The notes beneath the pieces are model-generated. The model was not told the DNA's origin. It saw only the letters and a list, made by a program, of their open reading frames with translations, and searched no databases. Positions 14,503 to 26,641 of a stretch of 64,000 nt of DNA are shown here, one piece after another. Location: contig OZ024753.1 of NCBI GenBank assembly GCA_964016885.1, positions 9,176,001 through 9,240,000 of the forward strand, read 5' to 3'. Each line of letters starts with the position of its first letter. Position 1 is the stretch's first letter. The position numbers and the translations under genes were made by a program. This DNA comes from Eledone cirrhosa (taxonomy: Eukaryota).

Positions 14503-14845
14503 CGTTACTTAGTCACCTTCTTAATTAATGATGCTGTTTTATAGTAACTTCAATATGAAGCAGTTTAACTCTCAAGTCAAATTGTATTTGATTTATTATT
14601 ACTTATAGACATGGCTCTGTGGTTCAAACGATTTCCTCATAATCATTGCAGGTATATGGCCTAGTGGTAAGTGTGTTGGACTTAGATCGTAGAACCATGA
14701 ACAGTATGTAAAGCAGGCTTCCACACAGGTTTCATAAGCCAAATTTCACACACAAAGCTTTGGTTGACCTGAGGCTAAAATAGAAGATATGCACTGAAGC
14801 GGATGTGTAGTAAGATTGAACATGGAGCCATGTACGTGTGTTGTG

Positions 14846-15080
14846 GAGGCATGTGGCTTAGTGGTAAGGGTGTTGGACTTACGATCATAATGTCATGGGT
14901 TTGATTCCTGGGCTGTATTGCATGTTGTGTTCTTGAGAAAAACACTTCATTTCACATTGCCCACTGAAAATTAGTACAAGCAATACCTGGGAGTTTAACC
15001 CAGTGATGGACTGGTGTCCCATCCAGGGAGTAGTCTTGTACTCTTAGTCGCTTCATGCCACAAAACTGGGATAAGCTCTG
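14846..15080 (+). mobile_element. Older tRNA-derived SINE (family B-like head)
   Basis: GGAGGCATGTGGCTTAGTGGTAAG head, GGTTTGATTCC, TGTGTTCTTGAGAAAAACACTT core. Confidence 0.7.
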
Positions 15081-15555
15081 GCTAAAACATGCATGTGTAT
15101 TTCAGACACAATGACAGTTATGGAAGAACACATCAATTATCTGTTTTGTTTTGAACGATTTCTACTTCACTTTGAAAAGAGAATATTAATCCTGAAATAC
15201 CATATTGAAATATACTGGGTAAAACATTACTTTGTTTTGTTTTATTTGTCATCCTTTTCTCTTTATATATTTCTACCGCATTGTATCAGCTTTTTGAAAC
15301 TTATCGGCATTTTATCTCCAAAAATAATAAATAATTTTAGGAAAACCTTCAAAATGTCTAATGAATTAATGGAGTGTTTTATTAAAAACATGGTTATTGA
15401 AAGGATTAAAGAGGGGAATACAACAAAAAGTACTGGAAAATGAATAAACAAAAAATAAAATAAAAATAATAAATAAATAAAATATATATACAAACAATGT
15501 ATGTAGCCGAGAAATCAGGCTTTGAAGTGCTGAGAATAAAGACTGAATGTAAAGA

Positions 15556-15741
15556 ATGGTGTGCTCATGCACAGAGATGCTACAAAATAGTTTATAAAAT
15601 AGGGTGAATACCCTTGAAAGATGGGAAAAAAAGTTGCTATTGGTTGCTATCAGGTCAATGGCAACTTCTTTTTCCATTATTAAGGCTCTTCACCTCATTT
15701 TATAAGCTATTTTATAACATCTTTGTGCATAAGCACACTAT
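15556..15741. repeat. Diverged inverted repeat, 53-bp arms
   Basis: 15556-15608 is reverse-complementary to 15689-15741; a related arm occurs near 8357-8405. Confidence 0.8.
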
Positions 15742-15871
15742 CCTTTGAAGGGAAGGAGAAAGTCAATTAAATGTACCCCAGTGTATTACTGGTACTTTAT
15801 TTTATCGATCTTGTAAGGATGAAAAGCAAAGGGTTTGAACTCAGAATGTAAAGAGATGTAACTATATACAG

Positions 15872-16090
15872 CAGGCATGTCAAACATACGGCCCACGGGC
15901 CACATGCAGCCCTTTACAAGCAACCTGTGGCCCACACAAAGGTTTTTACAGCACGAGCATGTTTTGTCTTCGTAATATAAGATAAAAAAAAATTAGTTGT
16001 AATGTGCACAATTAGTTGTCATGTGTGACCCTCAGACAACACTTATGTGACCCATGTGGCCCTCTGGGGACCCTCAGTTTGACATGCCTG
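15872..16090. mobile_element. hAT MITE inserted into an old family A SINE
   Basis: 14-bp TIR CAGGCATGTCAAAC / GTTTGACATGCCTG; TSD ATATACAG / ATATAATG; second copy at 26406-26641. Confidence 0.88.
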
Positions 16091-16219
16091 ATATAATGCA
16101 AACAAGATGCCCAACACTCTACCAATTACTAAGAATCCCAGAATAATAAGAGATGACAGTTATTCTGATTTAAGAAAGGAAAATATTATTTATCAAAACT
16201 GAATTTAAGGCATTCTATA

Positions 16220-16408
16220 TAATAATAATAACGAAAATATTGTGTACAGTGCTCAGGTGCACTACAGCTCATCAAAAGTGTATGTATAGTACATAGGGTA
16301 ATGTACAAACGTCAGGAAAATGAACAGTGCATGAGTCATGATATACACATGTGTGCAAGTGTATGGAAGGGGGACATCAGGTGTAGTTTTGGCGAATTTC
16401 GGGAAGCG
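16220..16408 (-). mobile_element. CR1-clade LINE 3' UTR fragment
   Basis: Reverse complement of 61785-61970 (GTAGTGCACCTGAGCACT..ACACAATA plus (ATT)n tail). Confidence 0.85.
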
Positions 16409-17439
16409 AGTAGTTACTTTCAGTTTTAATTAATCTACTTGACACTAATGATAATTTTGAATTAAATCTAAAATGTAATTTGGTTTAAAAACACCTAAAG
16501 TTTATAACTCTCTTATTTCAATGATTCTTAAATTTCTATACTGAAATTTATAAATCAATATATAGAGATAAGTACACATAGAGATATGTGTTAAATCATA
16601 GGGGATCAAAAACCACCAGAGTAACAAACATATTAACTACGGAAGGAATGGTGAATATAAATCAATAAAAAGAATATATTAAAGTGTACTAACCATCCAA
16701 TTATAACAATGAAGTTTTCTAAATAGTTATAAGTCTATATATATATATATCATATATAACTTAGTCTTAATAACAAAATTTTAATTAATTTGCTTTCATA
16801 CAAAAGAGCAGGATTGTATATATTGTGTTAAAAAAAGAAAAATGTTTGAAATTTAATTTCTTTTTTTCTTCTTCTTAATTCTGATAATGTTTTGGCAAAG
16901 AAAAGATAATATAGGAAGTAAGTCTAATAGTTATAAATACGCTTAAATAAAACAATTTTTTTTCTTTATATAAATCATAGGATGAGAAAGAAAAATGTTT
17001 TATATTGAATTTCTTAAAACATTTCTAAATTCCCTCAAGAAAAGTCAGTTCTTAAGTGAAAGGTTTCAAACAGACTAAAACAAACTATTTTTTTATCTTC
17101 TGCTTCTTTGATTCCTTCCCATTCTTTGATAAAATTAAATTCTGAAGTATTTTCAAAGACTGCTTGACAGATGTTTAAAGATTTTTTAAAAAATTAGACA
17201 GACAAAATATTCTAATTGATTTTGTTAATTAATGTACTACAACACCAGACTGATCACATTTATTGTCATTATAAATGTGGTTTACTAACAGATAGGATAA
17301 ATTCTCCAAAGAGATGTTGCTTAAGTATCAACAGCAACATAGAATTGATAAATGTGTCCAAACACAGACAAACCAAACTCCCACTGTCATCGCCTCCATC
17401 TCTCTCGCCCTCCCCATCTCTCTGTATTATGAGCAAATG

Positions 17440-17650
17440 GGTTCCGACATGCTGGCTGTCCCACAGCCTTGACAGACAGAATGGAGAAGGCGTTTCCCCA
17501 GAGGATGGTAAGGGAGATGCGCTGGAAGGGCCATTGCATCTCGCGAGGGTCACACCTGCAGCTCCCCAGCTCAGCGCCTATGATGGTAAGTAGAGAGGTA
17601 GCCCTGGGGCCAAGGACACCAAAAGTCTCCACTGCTAGGGGCACGATAGA
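17440..17650 (-). mobile_element. CRE-like non-LTR retrotransposon, end of restriction-like endonuclease domain
   Basis: PLAVETFGVLGPRATSLLTIIG..DPREMQWPFQRISLTILWGNAFSILS matches the P..ET.G..G / QRIS.AI.RGNA motif. Confidence 0.8.
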
Positions 17651-17834
17651 ATAAATTGTTGAATTAACATTGCTTTATAGTATTAACATTTGTCTATGGA
17701 CCTCTTTACTTTCAGTTCCTCCCATAAAATATGTACCCCACCCCACCCTACCCCACAAACACACATAATTATCCCGGGGTTGATTTAACTACTGGCATTA
17801 CACATTTGTGAGAAATCGTTATTAGGATGTACTA

Positions 17835-18010
17835 TGGCAGAAATCGGTAGAGTGTCAGACAATATGCTTTGCAGTATAGAGTTATGAATTCAAAACCCAC
17901 TGAGGTTAACTTCACCTTTTATCCTTATATAGTGGATAAAATAAAATACCAGTAATGCACTGGGGTCAATTTAATTGACTTTTCTCTACCCAAAATTGTT
18001 GGCCTTGTGG
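17835..18010 (+). mobile_element. Older family A SINE
   Basis: TGGCAGAAATCGG, GAATTCAAAACC, GAGGTTAACTTCACCTTTTATCC core, GGCCTTGTG tail. Confidence 0.75.
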
Positions 18011-18180
18011 GTAAATCTTCAATTTGGTATTTGTGCCAACCCTTACTTATGGCCATGAATCTTGGGTAATGACAAAAATCAAAATATTAACAAGAGAATG
18101 GGATAGAATAAAAATATATCATCATCATCATCGATTAATGTCCATCTTCCATGCTAGCATGGGTTAGATGGGAAAGGAAA

Positions 18181-18299
18181 TGCTTACAGCACCTAGGTTT
18201 CCCAAACGGTCACCCATCTAAGTACTAACTAGGCTCGATGTTGCTTAACTTTGGTGATCGGATGAGAACTGGTGTTTTCAGCGTGATATGACCATGGAC
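18181..18299 (-). pseudogene. Full-length 5S rRNA pseudogene
   Basis: Minus strand GTCCATGGTCATATCACGCTGAAAACACCAGTTCTCATCCGATCACCAAAGTTAAGCAACATCGAGCCTAGTTAGTACTTAGATGGGTGACCGTTTGGGAAACCTAGGTGCTGTAAGCA is colinear with metazoan 5S; many differences look like CpG decay. Confidence 0.92.
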
Positions 18300-18427
18300 A
18301 TTAAACAGTGATGATGATGATGATGATATATATATATCATCATCATCATCGTTTAACGTCCATCTTCCACGCTAGCATGTGTGTGTGTATATATATATAT
18401 GTGTATATGTGTATATATATATGTGTG

Positions 18428-18489
<62 letters not shown>

Positions 18490-19258
18490 TACATACAAAT
18501 GTATAAATGTGTGAGCAGTTTATGGTAATATGTGAACTCATAACCCTTGTGGTTATTGTGTTATGGTTCTTCAATTTTGGACATTGTGAAGACGAAATAC
18601 AACAAAAAGGCTAAACCAGGAATCAAACTTGTATTGCTCTCTTAAATATCCACAATTTTACCACTGTTGTAAGTAGAGACCCTCACCGACACACACAGAG
18701 ACACCAACAGAGACACACACACAGAGACACACCCTCACAGACACAGGGACACCCATAGAGACACACCCACCCACAGAGACAACGACATGCGCAGACACAT
18801 TTATAAGGAATATTTGTTAGAAAACAACAACAAAGTAGCAACATATACAAAACAATTCTCATTAAATAGATAGGTAAATCAAATTCTGACGGAATAAATT
18901 ATCGTATTCAGTCAGTCAAAATAAATATTCAATGAAAATGGAAAATGTTATATTATTTATGATTCTGAAAATAACCCTTAAAAAAAATAAATAAATAAAT
19001 AATAAAAGGAGAAAATGACCATTATACAATTTACGATTTTATAGCCAATTGGCACCACACAAGGAAAAACACAACTTCCTGCAATCAGATCTGGGAGATT
19101 AAGGTGTATGTGTGACCTTTCTCAAATAATGGTTCAAGTCATGCTATAAAAGCTAGCCAGTTCTTTAGAGATTTTGTTGAAGTAGTCAGTTGTATCTCAT
19201 GTAGTAAGTGTATTATAAGTTAGGTAAGATATATGCCAAGATATATGTATGTAGACAT

Positions 19259-19600
19259 GGAGGCACATGGCTTAGTGGTTAGAGCATTGGCCTTGCAATC
19301 GAAAGATTGTGAGTTCAATTCTCAGACCAGGTGATGTGTTGTTTCCTTGAGCAAGACACTTTATTTCACATTGCTCCAGTTTACTCAGCTGTAGAAATGA
19401 GATGATAGGGACTGGGGTCCCTATCATTCCACTGCAAAGTGGTCGTGTAGGTGCCACGGCAAAAAAGCACCCAGCACTCACTGTAAATGAGGTTGGTGTT
19501 AGGAAGGGCATCCAGCTGTAGAAATCAAGCCAGCATCAGTTCCCGTCCTACCCTTGCAAGCAGGGAAAAGCGGACGTAAAATGATGATGATGATGATGAT
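19259..19600 (+). mobile_element. Full-length family B SINE (tRNA head, V/Meta-like core, RTE-type tail)
   Basis: TGGCTTAGTGG A box, GAGTTCAATTC B box, TCCTTGAGCAAGACACTT core, tail CCCTTGCAAGCAGGGAAAAGCGGACGTAAAA(TGA)n; GACATGGA TSD. Confidence 0.92.
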
Positions 19601-21440
19601 GACATGGATGTAGTAGTATCTCATGTAGTATACCATGTAGCCAATGTATTATAAGTTAGGTAAGATATATTCCAAGATATATGTATGTAGACATGGCTGT
19701 AGTAGTATCTCATGTAGTATACCATGTAGCCAATGTATTATAAGTTAGGTAAGATATATGCCAAGATATATGTATGTAGACATGGCTGTAGTAGTATCTC
19801 ATGTAGTATACCATGTAGCCAATGTATTATAAGTTAGGTAAGATATATGCCAAGATATATGTATGTAGACATGGCTGTAGTAGTATCTCATGTAGTGTAC
19901 CATGTAGCCAATGTATTATAAGTTAGGTAAGATATATGCCAAGATATATGTATGTAGACATGGCTGTAGTAGTATCTCATGTAGTGTACCATGTAGCCAA
20001 TGTATTATAAGTTAGGTAAGATATATGCCAAGATATATGTATGTAGACATGGCTGTAGTAGTATCTCATGTAGTGTACCATGTAGCCAATGTATTATAAG
20101 TTAGGTAAGATATATGTATGTAAACATGACTGTAGTAGTATCTCTTGTAGTATCCCACATGTAGTCAATGTATTATAAGTTAGCCAAGATATATGTATGT
20201 AGACATGGATGTAGTCAATGTATTATCCCATGTAGTTTACCATGTAGCCAATGTATTATATGTTAGCCAAGATATATGTATGTAGACATGGCTGTAGTAG
20301 TATCTCATGTAGTGTACCATGTAGCCAATGTATTATAAGTTAGGTAAGATATATGTATGTAGACATGGCTGTAGTAGCATCTCATGTAGCCAATGTATTA
20401 TAAGTTAGACAAGATATATGTATGTAGATATGGCTGAAGTATTATCCCATGTAGTGTACCATGTAGTCAATGTAATATAAGTTAGACAAGATATATGTAT
20501 GTAGACATGGATGTAGTAGTCAGTATTAACCCATGTAGTATCCCACATGTAGTCAATGTAATATAAGTTAGACAAGATATATGTATGTAGACATGGATGT
20601 AGTAGTCAGTATTAACCCATGTAGTATCCCACATGTAGTCAATGTAATATAAGTTAGACAAGATATATGTATGTAGACATGGATGTAGTAGTCAGTATTA
20701 ACCCATGTAGTATCCCACATGTAGTTAATGTAATATAAGTTAGACAAGATATATGTATGTAGACATGGATGTAGTAGTCAGTATTAACCCATGTAGTATC
20801 CCACATGTAGTCAATGTAATATAAGTTAGACAAGATATATGTATGTAGACATGGATGTAGTAGTCAGTATTATCCCACATGTAGCCAATGTAATATAAGT
20901 TAGACAAGATATATGTATGTAGACATGGATGTAGTAGTCAGTATTATCCCATGTAGTATCCCACATGTAGTCAATGTAATATAAGTTAGACAAGATATAT
21001 GTATGTAGACATGGATGTAGTAGTCAGTATTATCCCATGTAGTATCCCACATGTAGTCAATGTAATATAAGTTAGACAAGATATATGTATGTAGACATGG
21101 ATGTAGTAGTCAGTATTATCCCATGTAGTATCCCACATGTAGTCAATGTAATATAAGTTAGACAAGATATATGTATGTAGACATGGATGTAGTAGTCAGT
21201 ATTATCCCATGTAGTATCCCACATGTAGTCAATGTAATATAAGTTAGACAAGATATATGTATGTAGACATGGATGTAGTAGTCAGTATTATCCCATGTAG
21301 TATCCCACATGTAGTCAATGTAATATAAGTTAGACAAGATATATGTATGTAGACATGGATGTAGTAGTCAGTATTATCCCATGTAGTATCCCACATGTAG
21401 TCAATGTAATATAAGTTAGACAAGATATATGTATGTAGGC
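19601..21440. repeat. Minisatellite grading from 89-bp to 86-bp units
   Basis: AGACATGG recurs at 19689, 19778, 19867 (89 bp) and at 20589, 20675 onwards (86 bp); an orphan unit lies at 19180-19260, left of the SINE. Confidence 0.95.
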
Positions 21441-22487
21441 ATAGCTCAGTTCAATCGTATTCTGGTATTTTGCACAAGTATATTTACCATAGTCTTTACC
21501 AAAGTTTATTACCCTTTATTTCAGTACACTAAGCTGAGAGTGAATAATACCAGCAGTAGCTGGGGAGTAAATCCTGCAATAGACCAGCATCCTGTCCAGG
21601 GAGAGTCTTGTACTCTCAGTTGCTAAACACGGAGGGAATTTAATACCTTTTATCAACTGTTAGATGAACTAAGACAATGTATAAAAAAATGTCCTTCTTA
21701 GAAACACAGTGTAAGGTTTACAGTGTGTAAGCAATGGAAGACTTCATGAAATTTAACCAAGAAAATCAAATACTTTCTGTTGCTGCATGAAGAGTAAATT
21801 GTATTTTGAACATTTACAACAAAATATGAATACAATTTTAAAAACGAGAAAATCACGATATAAATATGATAATAAACAAGCAAGATTACCCAGCATTGTC
21901 TGTGTTTATTAAAACTTTCAGTAAAAAATTCTGAGACTATCCTGATGTTATGATACAAGATTGCTCATTTTTAAAATGTTCATAATTATATTATATAAAA
22001 CCTTCCGCTGTAATTTTATTTTAGAAATTTTTGTTAAGTAATCTTCTAAATATCTGCTTAGTTACTTTATTAAAAACTTAGTAATTTTATTAAAGTTCTC
22101 CAAAACGTTGGTTATTTTCAAAGTTAATTGGAATACATATGCAGTATATTTCATTGAAAATGCAGCAATGAAAGAATTAATGCATAAAATATTTACAATC
22201 TGATTAATTTTGGATAAAGTGGGTTTTAAAAGTTGTTAACAAACTTTGGTTGGTCTTGGAATGCTGTTTCATTCAAAATTATTGCCTCCAAGCAATTTTG
22301 AATCATGAAAATATGCAAAACACACATATCCATTTAGACATATGCACATATGCACAGACACACAGACACACACACACACACATATATATATATATGTAGA
22401 AGTTCTATTTAAATTGTTGTGATACAACAAGCAAATATTTTTATAACTGATATAAAGCACTTGACAAATTATTGGAGTAAAAATACG

Positions 22488-22777
22488 ATATTAACAAATG
22501 GAAACTATATTTATAAAACCATATTTATTTCATTATACATATTTCAAGGACACCAAGTTAAGTTATGGTGTGCTTTCATCAGATAAAATATAATATAGAG
22601 CAGTTTTATAAATAAATATTGACATACCCTTAAAGAATGCGACCATTTCTGTTGGAAGCTCCTGCTCTATATTATATTTTATCTGATGAAAGCACACCAT
22701 AACTTAACTTGGTGTCCTTGAAATATGTATAATGAAATAAATATGGTTTTATAAATATAGTTTCCATTTGTTAATAT
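22488..22777. repeat. Perfect inverted repeat, 116-bp arms, 58-bp spacer
   Basis: 22488-22603 is the reverse complement of 22662-22777. Confidence 0.95.
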
Positions 22778-22797
22778 ATTGTATATATATATATATA

Positions 22798-23269
22798 TTG
22801 ATCTTCACCATAATATTTTGACTAAATAATTGTTTCTACTTTTGGCACAAGGCCAGCAATTACCCAGTGCATTACTGGTACTTTATTTTATCGACCCCGT
22901 AAGGGTGAAAGGCAAAGTTAACCTCAGCGGGATTTGAACTCAGAATGGCAAGGGCCGTAACTCTATGCATCAAAGCATGGCATCCAACCCTCTACCGACA
23001 CTGCCAATCCCCCCAGTCTAATAATGGGGTATATAAACCCACGGGAAAAGGATGGGTATTGGCAGTATCGATAGAAAGTCGGGTGCCATGCTTTGACGCA
23101 TAGAGTTATGGCCCTTGCCATTCTGAGTTCAAATCCCGCCGAGGTTAACTTTGCCGTTCATCCTTATGGGGTCGATAAAATAAAGTACCAGTAATGCACT
23201 GGGTCATTGCTGGCCTTGTGCCAAAAGTAGAAACAATTATTTAATCAAAATATTACGCTGAAGCTTCAA
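22798..23269. mobile_element. Head-to-head pair of family A SINEs sharing about 30 bp of 3' flank
   Basis: Minus copy 22827-23010, plus copy 23055-23240; flank TTGATCTTCACCATAATATTTTGACTAAAT mirrors ATTTAATCAAAATATTACGCTGAAGCTTCAA. Confidence 0.9.
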
Positions 23270-23316
23270 TTTCTATTTCAATTCCAAACTTTGCTTGCCG
23301 CATCTCAAACATGCTT

Positions 23317-23364
<48 letters not shown>

Positions 23365-23367
<3 letters not shown>

Positions 23368-23502
23368 CAAAGAGGGTGTGGTAGGATACCAGGTGGATTA
23401 TAATACACTAGAGTACTCAATACTTAGGGTAGTAGAGTGGGTAATAGAAGAAGAGTTGGAAACAGCTGGAGCTCAGCCATCGTGGTCCTGACTCTTCTCC
23501 TA
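23365..23502. mobile_element. (TA)n-flanked element related to 30780-30990; putative Penelope-like terminal repeat
   Basis: AGTACTCAATACTTAGGGTAGTAGAGTGGGTAATAG and GAAACAGCTGGAGCTCAGCC segments are shared with the 30.8-kb copy. Confidence 0.55.
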
Positions 23503-23544
23503 TATATATTTTTTTTATTTTTTTATTTACATAATAAAGAAAAC

Positions 23545-23616
23545 AATATAATTATTTCATTACCTAAGGTTTCGAGAAAATAGATGATTCTTCGACAGAC
23601 AAAATAATTATATTTT
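23545..23616 (-). ncRNA. Degenerate type I minimal hammerhead ribozyme motif
   Basis: 16-bp stem I AATATAATTATTTTGT / ATGAAATAATTATATT, core CTGTCGA (A6 mutated), stem II AGAA/TTCT, GAAAC-CTTAG-GTA. Confidence 0.55.
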
Positions 23617-23720
23617 TCAGTAATTAAATATCTCTGTACATATCTCATAGAGCAGTCTTCGTTCCTTTACCTTTTCTAACAGAAAAACTTAACAAATAAC
23701 ACACACATATAGAGAGAGAG

Positions 23721-23751
<31 letters not shown>

Positions 23752-23790
23752 GTTATAGGAATAACCAAAGAGTGCTTAGAAATACATTGT

Positions 23791-23849
23791 TTTATTAGCT
23801 AACAGTGTTTCATCCATGCCTCATGGCAGGAATCATCAGAGCCTATAAA
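23791..23849 (-). ncRNA. Type I minimal hammerhead ribozyme motif (Penelope type)
   Basis: TTTATAGGCT-CTGATGA-tTCCTGCCatgaGGCAtGGAt-GAAAC-act-GTT-AGCTAATAAA; stem I pairs 9/10. Confidence 0.68.
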
Positions 23850-23967
23850 CAAGAGTATATCAATAGTTGCATGCTCCATTGAGCTGCATCACCAGAATTG
23901 AGCTAAAACCACACTGTCACACCAAGGGCAATATATTTGTCAACGAAACTATATCTATATCTATATA

Positions 23968-24310
23968 TATCATCATCATTTCATTTTACGTCCGCTTTTT
24001 CCCTGCTTGCAAGGATGGGACGGGAACTGATGCTGGCTTGATTTCTACAGCTGGATGCCCTTCCTAACACCAACCTCATTTACAGTGAGTGCTGGGTGCT
24101 TTTTTTGCCATGGTACCTCCACGACCACTTTGCAGTGGAATGATTTGGACCCCAGTCCCTATCATCTCATTTCTACAGCTGAGTAAACTGGAGCAATGTG
24201 AAATAAAGTGTCTTGCTCAAGGAAACAACACATCACCCGGTCTGAGAATTGAACTCACAACCTTTCGATTGCAAGGCCAATGCTCTAACCACTAAGCCAT
24301 GTGCTTCCAC
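23968..24310 (-). mobile_element. Full-length family B SINE
   Basis: Reverse complement of 19259-19600 including the (TGA)n tail. Confidence 0.92.
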
Positions 24311-24423
24311 ATATATATATAAACAAATAGTAGAAAGGAAAAAGTTTTTTTTTCCTGTAGAAAATGTTGAAGAGATATTTTTAGTGAAATTTGAACGCAT
24401 TAATTTATTTACAATACCCTCAA

Positions 24424-24531
24424 CTCCCGCCGAGGTTAACTTTGCCTTTCATCCTTACGGGGTCGATAAAATAAAGTACCAGTAATGCACTGGGTAATTG
24501 CTGGCCTTGTGCCAAAAGTAGAAACAATTAT
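24424..24531 (+). mobile_element. 5'-truncated family A SINE
   Basis: Core and tail match the consensus from CCCGCCGAGGTTAAC. Confidence 0.88.
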
Positions 24532-24788
24532 TTTATTTACAATACCAGTTTCAGCATTAAATGCATTATCAATTGTGGATATGCAGAATATTGTTAAGTT
24601 GCATATTTGTACAGGTAGTGAAGCTAATGATAATAACGAAAAAAGAAAATAAGAGATTAAGGCTCTCCCTACATACATTACCCTGGCTACACCTTATGGA
24701 GTCTAATTTAAGGCCCTATATCAGATTGACTAGTCCCTTCGATATATTACTTTTCCTACCGTTTATGGAGGCTTATATTATATTAGTG

Positions 24789-24945
24789 AAGGCGTGTGGC
24801 TGAGTGGTTAGAGAATTGGATTGGCAATCATAAGGTTGTGAGTTCGATTCCTGGACCAGGCGATGCGTTATGTCCTTGAGCAAGACACTTTATTTCACGT
24901 TGCTCCTTCTACCTGGAGTTGCGACCGATAGATAGTATTAGCAAT
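24789..24945 (+). mobile_element. Family B-head SINE subfamily (same as 59246-59402)
   Basis: tRNA head, TGTCCTTGAGCAAGACACTTTATTTCA, then CTCCTTCT..GGAGTTG..TAGATAGTAT.AGCAA. Confidence 0.8.
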
Positions 24946-25897
24946 TGGAAAGACCAACGGAAACATTGTTCCCTTGGTCCAATTTGACGAAAGTCGATCG
25001 TTCCTACATATTATACCACTGACACAAGGAAGATCATCGTGTGAGATTTAAGGCCCTATATCAGATTGTCTAGACCCCTAAATATATGACGTTTGCTACA
25101 GCTTATGGAGGCTGATCTCTGTATCAGATAAAAACAGTCAACAATATGCTTAGCCTCAGAGATGATCTGACAGAAGAGCAAGGTAGGTCAATGACAATAT
25201 GATGTAGAACAGCTTCAAGCAAATCAAAACCAATGAAATACAAATGTTAAAATAGCAACAACAACAATAATAATGATGATAATAACAGTGGTGATGATGA
25301 TGATGATGATGATGATGATTTCACAATTGGAACTTTTTTCATCAAAGATATTGAATATTACTTTTATTTTTTTCTATCTTTATAAAATTGTGACAACTCT
25401 TACCACTCTTTTACTCTTACATTTCAATAATAAAAGATCTTACAAAAAAATATATATTTGTATTCATGAATCTCCTTACAAAAATATGCTTTATATCTTC
25501 AAGCTTGAGAAATATATCTTTAATATATCTTTCATTCTTTCTTTAGCTCACCTTTGGCTCATATAGAAATCATATTGACTAACGATTTCAATGGCAAAGC
25601 TGAAAAACTAACACTGGAATCTGAGTTGTTTTCTCCAAGTTCATGGAAGGTCTTAAGTTCAAAAATAAAAACTAACAAAATACTTGTGATAAAAGCAACT
25701 GCACGAGAGGTGAACCCTGACGGCCTGAAACCATAAAACTGTTGCTTTTCTCACTTAGAACCAAATGGATCTATATCAGTTTCAAAAAAGAATATTCCAG
25801 TTATTTCTTCTGCTGAACTACTAAAAGTTTAGAATAAATGGTTGAGTATTTCACAGGCATGTGTACTTTTGACTTACAGTATATACTGAATATATAA

Positions 25898-26282
25898 AGC
25901 ACCTAGCCCACACTGTTAATGTGGTTGGTGTTCGGAAGGACATCCAGCCGTAGGAAATCAGCCCAAAAGCACCCAGCTCATACTGTAAAGTGGACGTGTA
26001 AAAGACGAGGCAAAAAGCACCCAGCACACACGCTCAATGTGGTTGGCATTAGGAAGGGCATCCAGCTGTAGAAAACCAGCCCACACTGTAAAGTAGATGT
26101 GTAAAAGACACGGCAAAAATCACACAGCACACACCGTCAATGTGGTTGGCATTAGGAAGGACATCCAGCTACATTTCTATATGAGCGAGGCATGGTCACC
26201 CGACACAACTTGCCTCTAAATGGGGAAAACCCATCTAAGCCATGATAGCATGGATGATAGATGTTAAGCGATGATGATTATG
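25898..26282 (+). mobile_element. Headless family B SINE 3' region with reiterated sub-repeats and RTE-type tail
   Basis: Three GTGGTTGG..GGAAGG.CATCCAGC blocks, AAAAGCACCCAG..CACTGTAAAG units, tail CCATGATAGCATGGA..GATGTTAAGCGATGATGA. Confidence 0.75.
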
Positions 26283-26405
26283 AAGATACTTGAATATAAG
26301 CAGATCCAAATATAAGCTGACCCCTTCTATTCTATATCTAACAAATAGGAGAAAATCCAAACCATATTTATAAACTGAAGTAGCTTATTAACACATAGTT
26401 TAGAT

Positions 26406-26641
26406 CAGGCATGTCAAACATGAGGCCTGTGGGTCACATGACCTTTACAAGCAACCTGCGGCCCACACAAAGATTTTTACAACACGAGCATGTTTTATCT
26501 TTGCAATATAAAATAAAAAAATATTAGTTGTAATGTGAGCAATTAGTTGTCAAGTGTGGACCTCAGACAACACATGTGTGATCCATGTGGCCCTCAGGTG
26601 ACCCATGTGGCCCTCAGGGGACCCTCAATTTGACATACCTG
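26406..26641. mobile_element. hAT MITE, second copy
   Basis: TIR CAGGCATGTCAAAC / ATTTGACATACCTG; TSD GTTTAGAT / GTTTAAAT. Confidence 0.88.

Noticed and set aside
19259-19330. tRNA genes at SINE heads
   Set aside because: A and B boxes are present, but they run directly into SINE cores and I could not fold a full cloverleaf.
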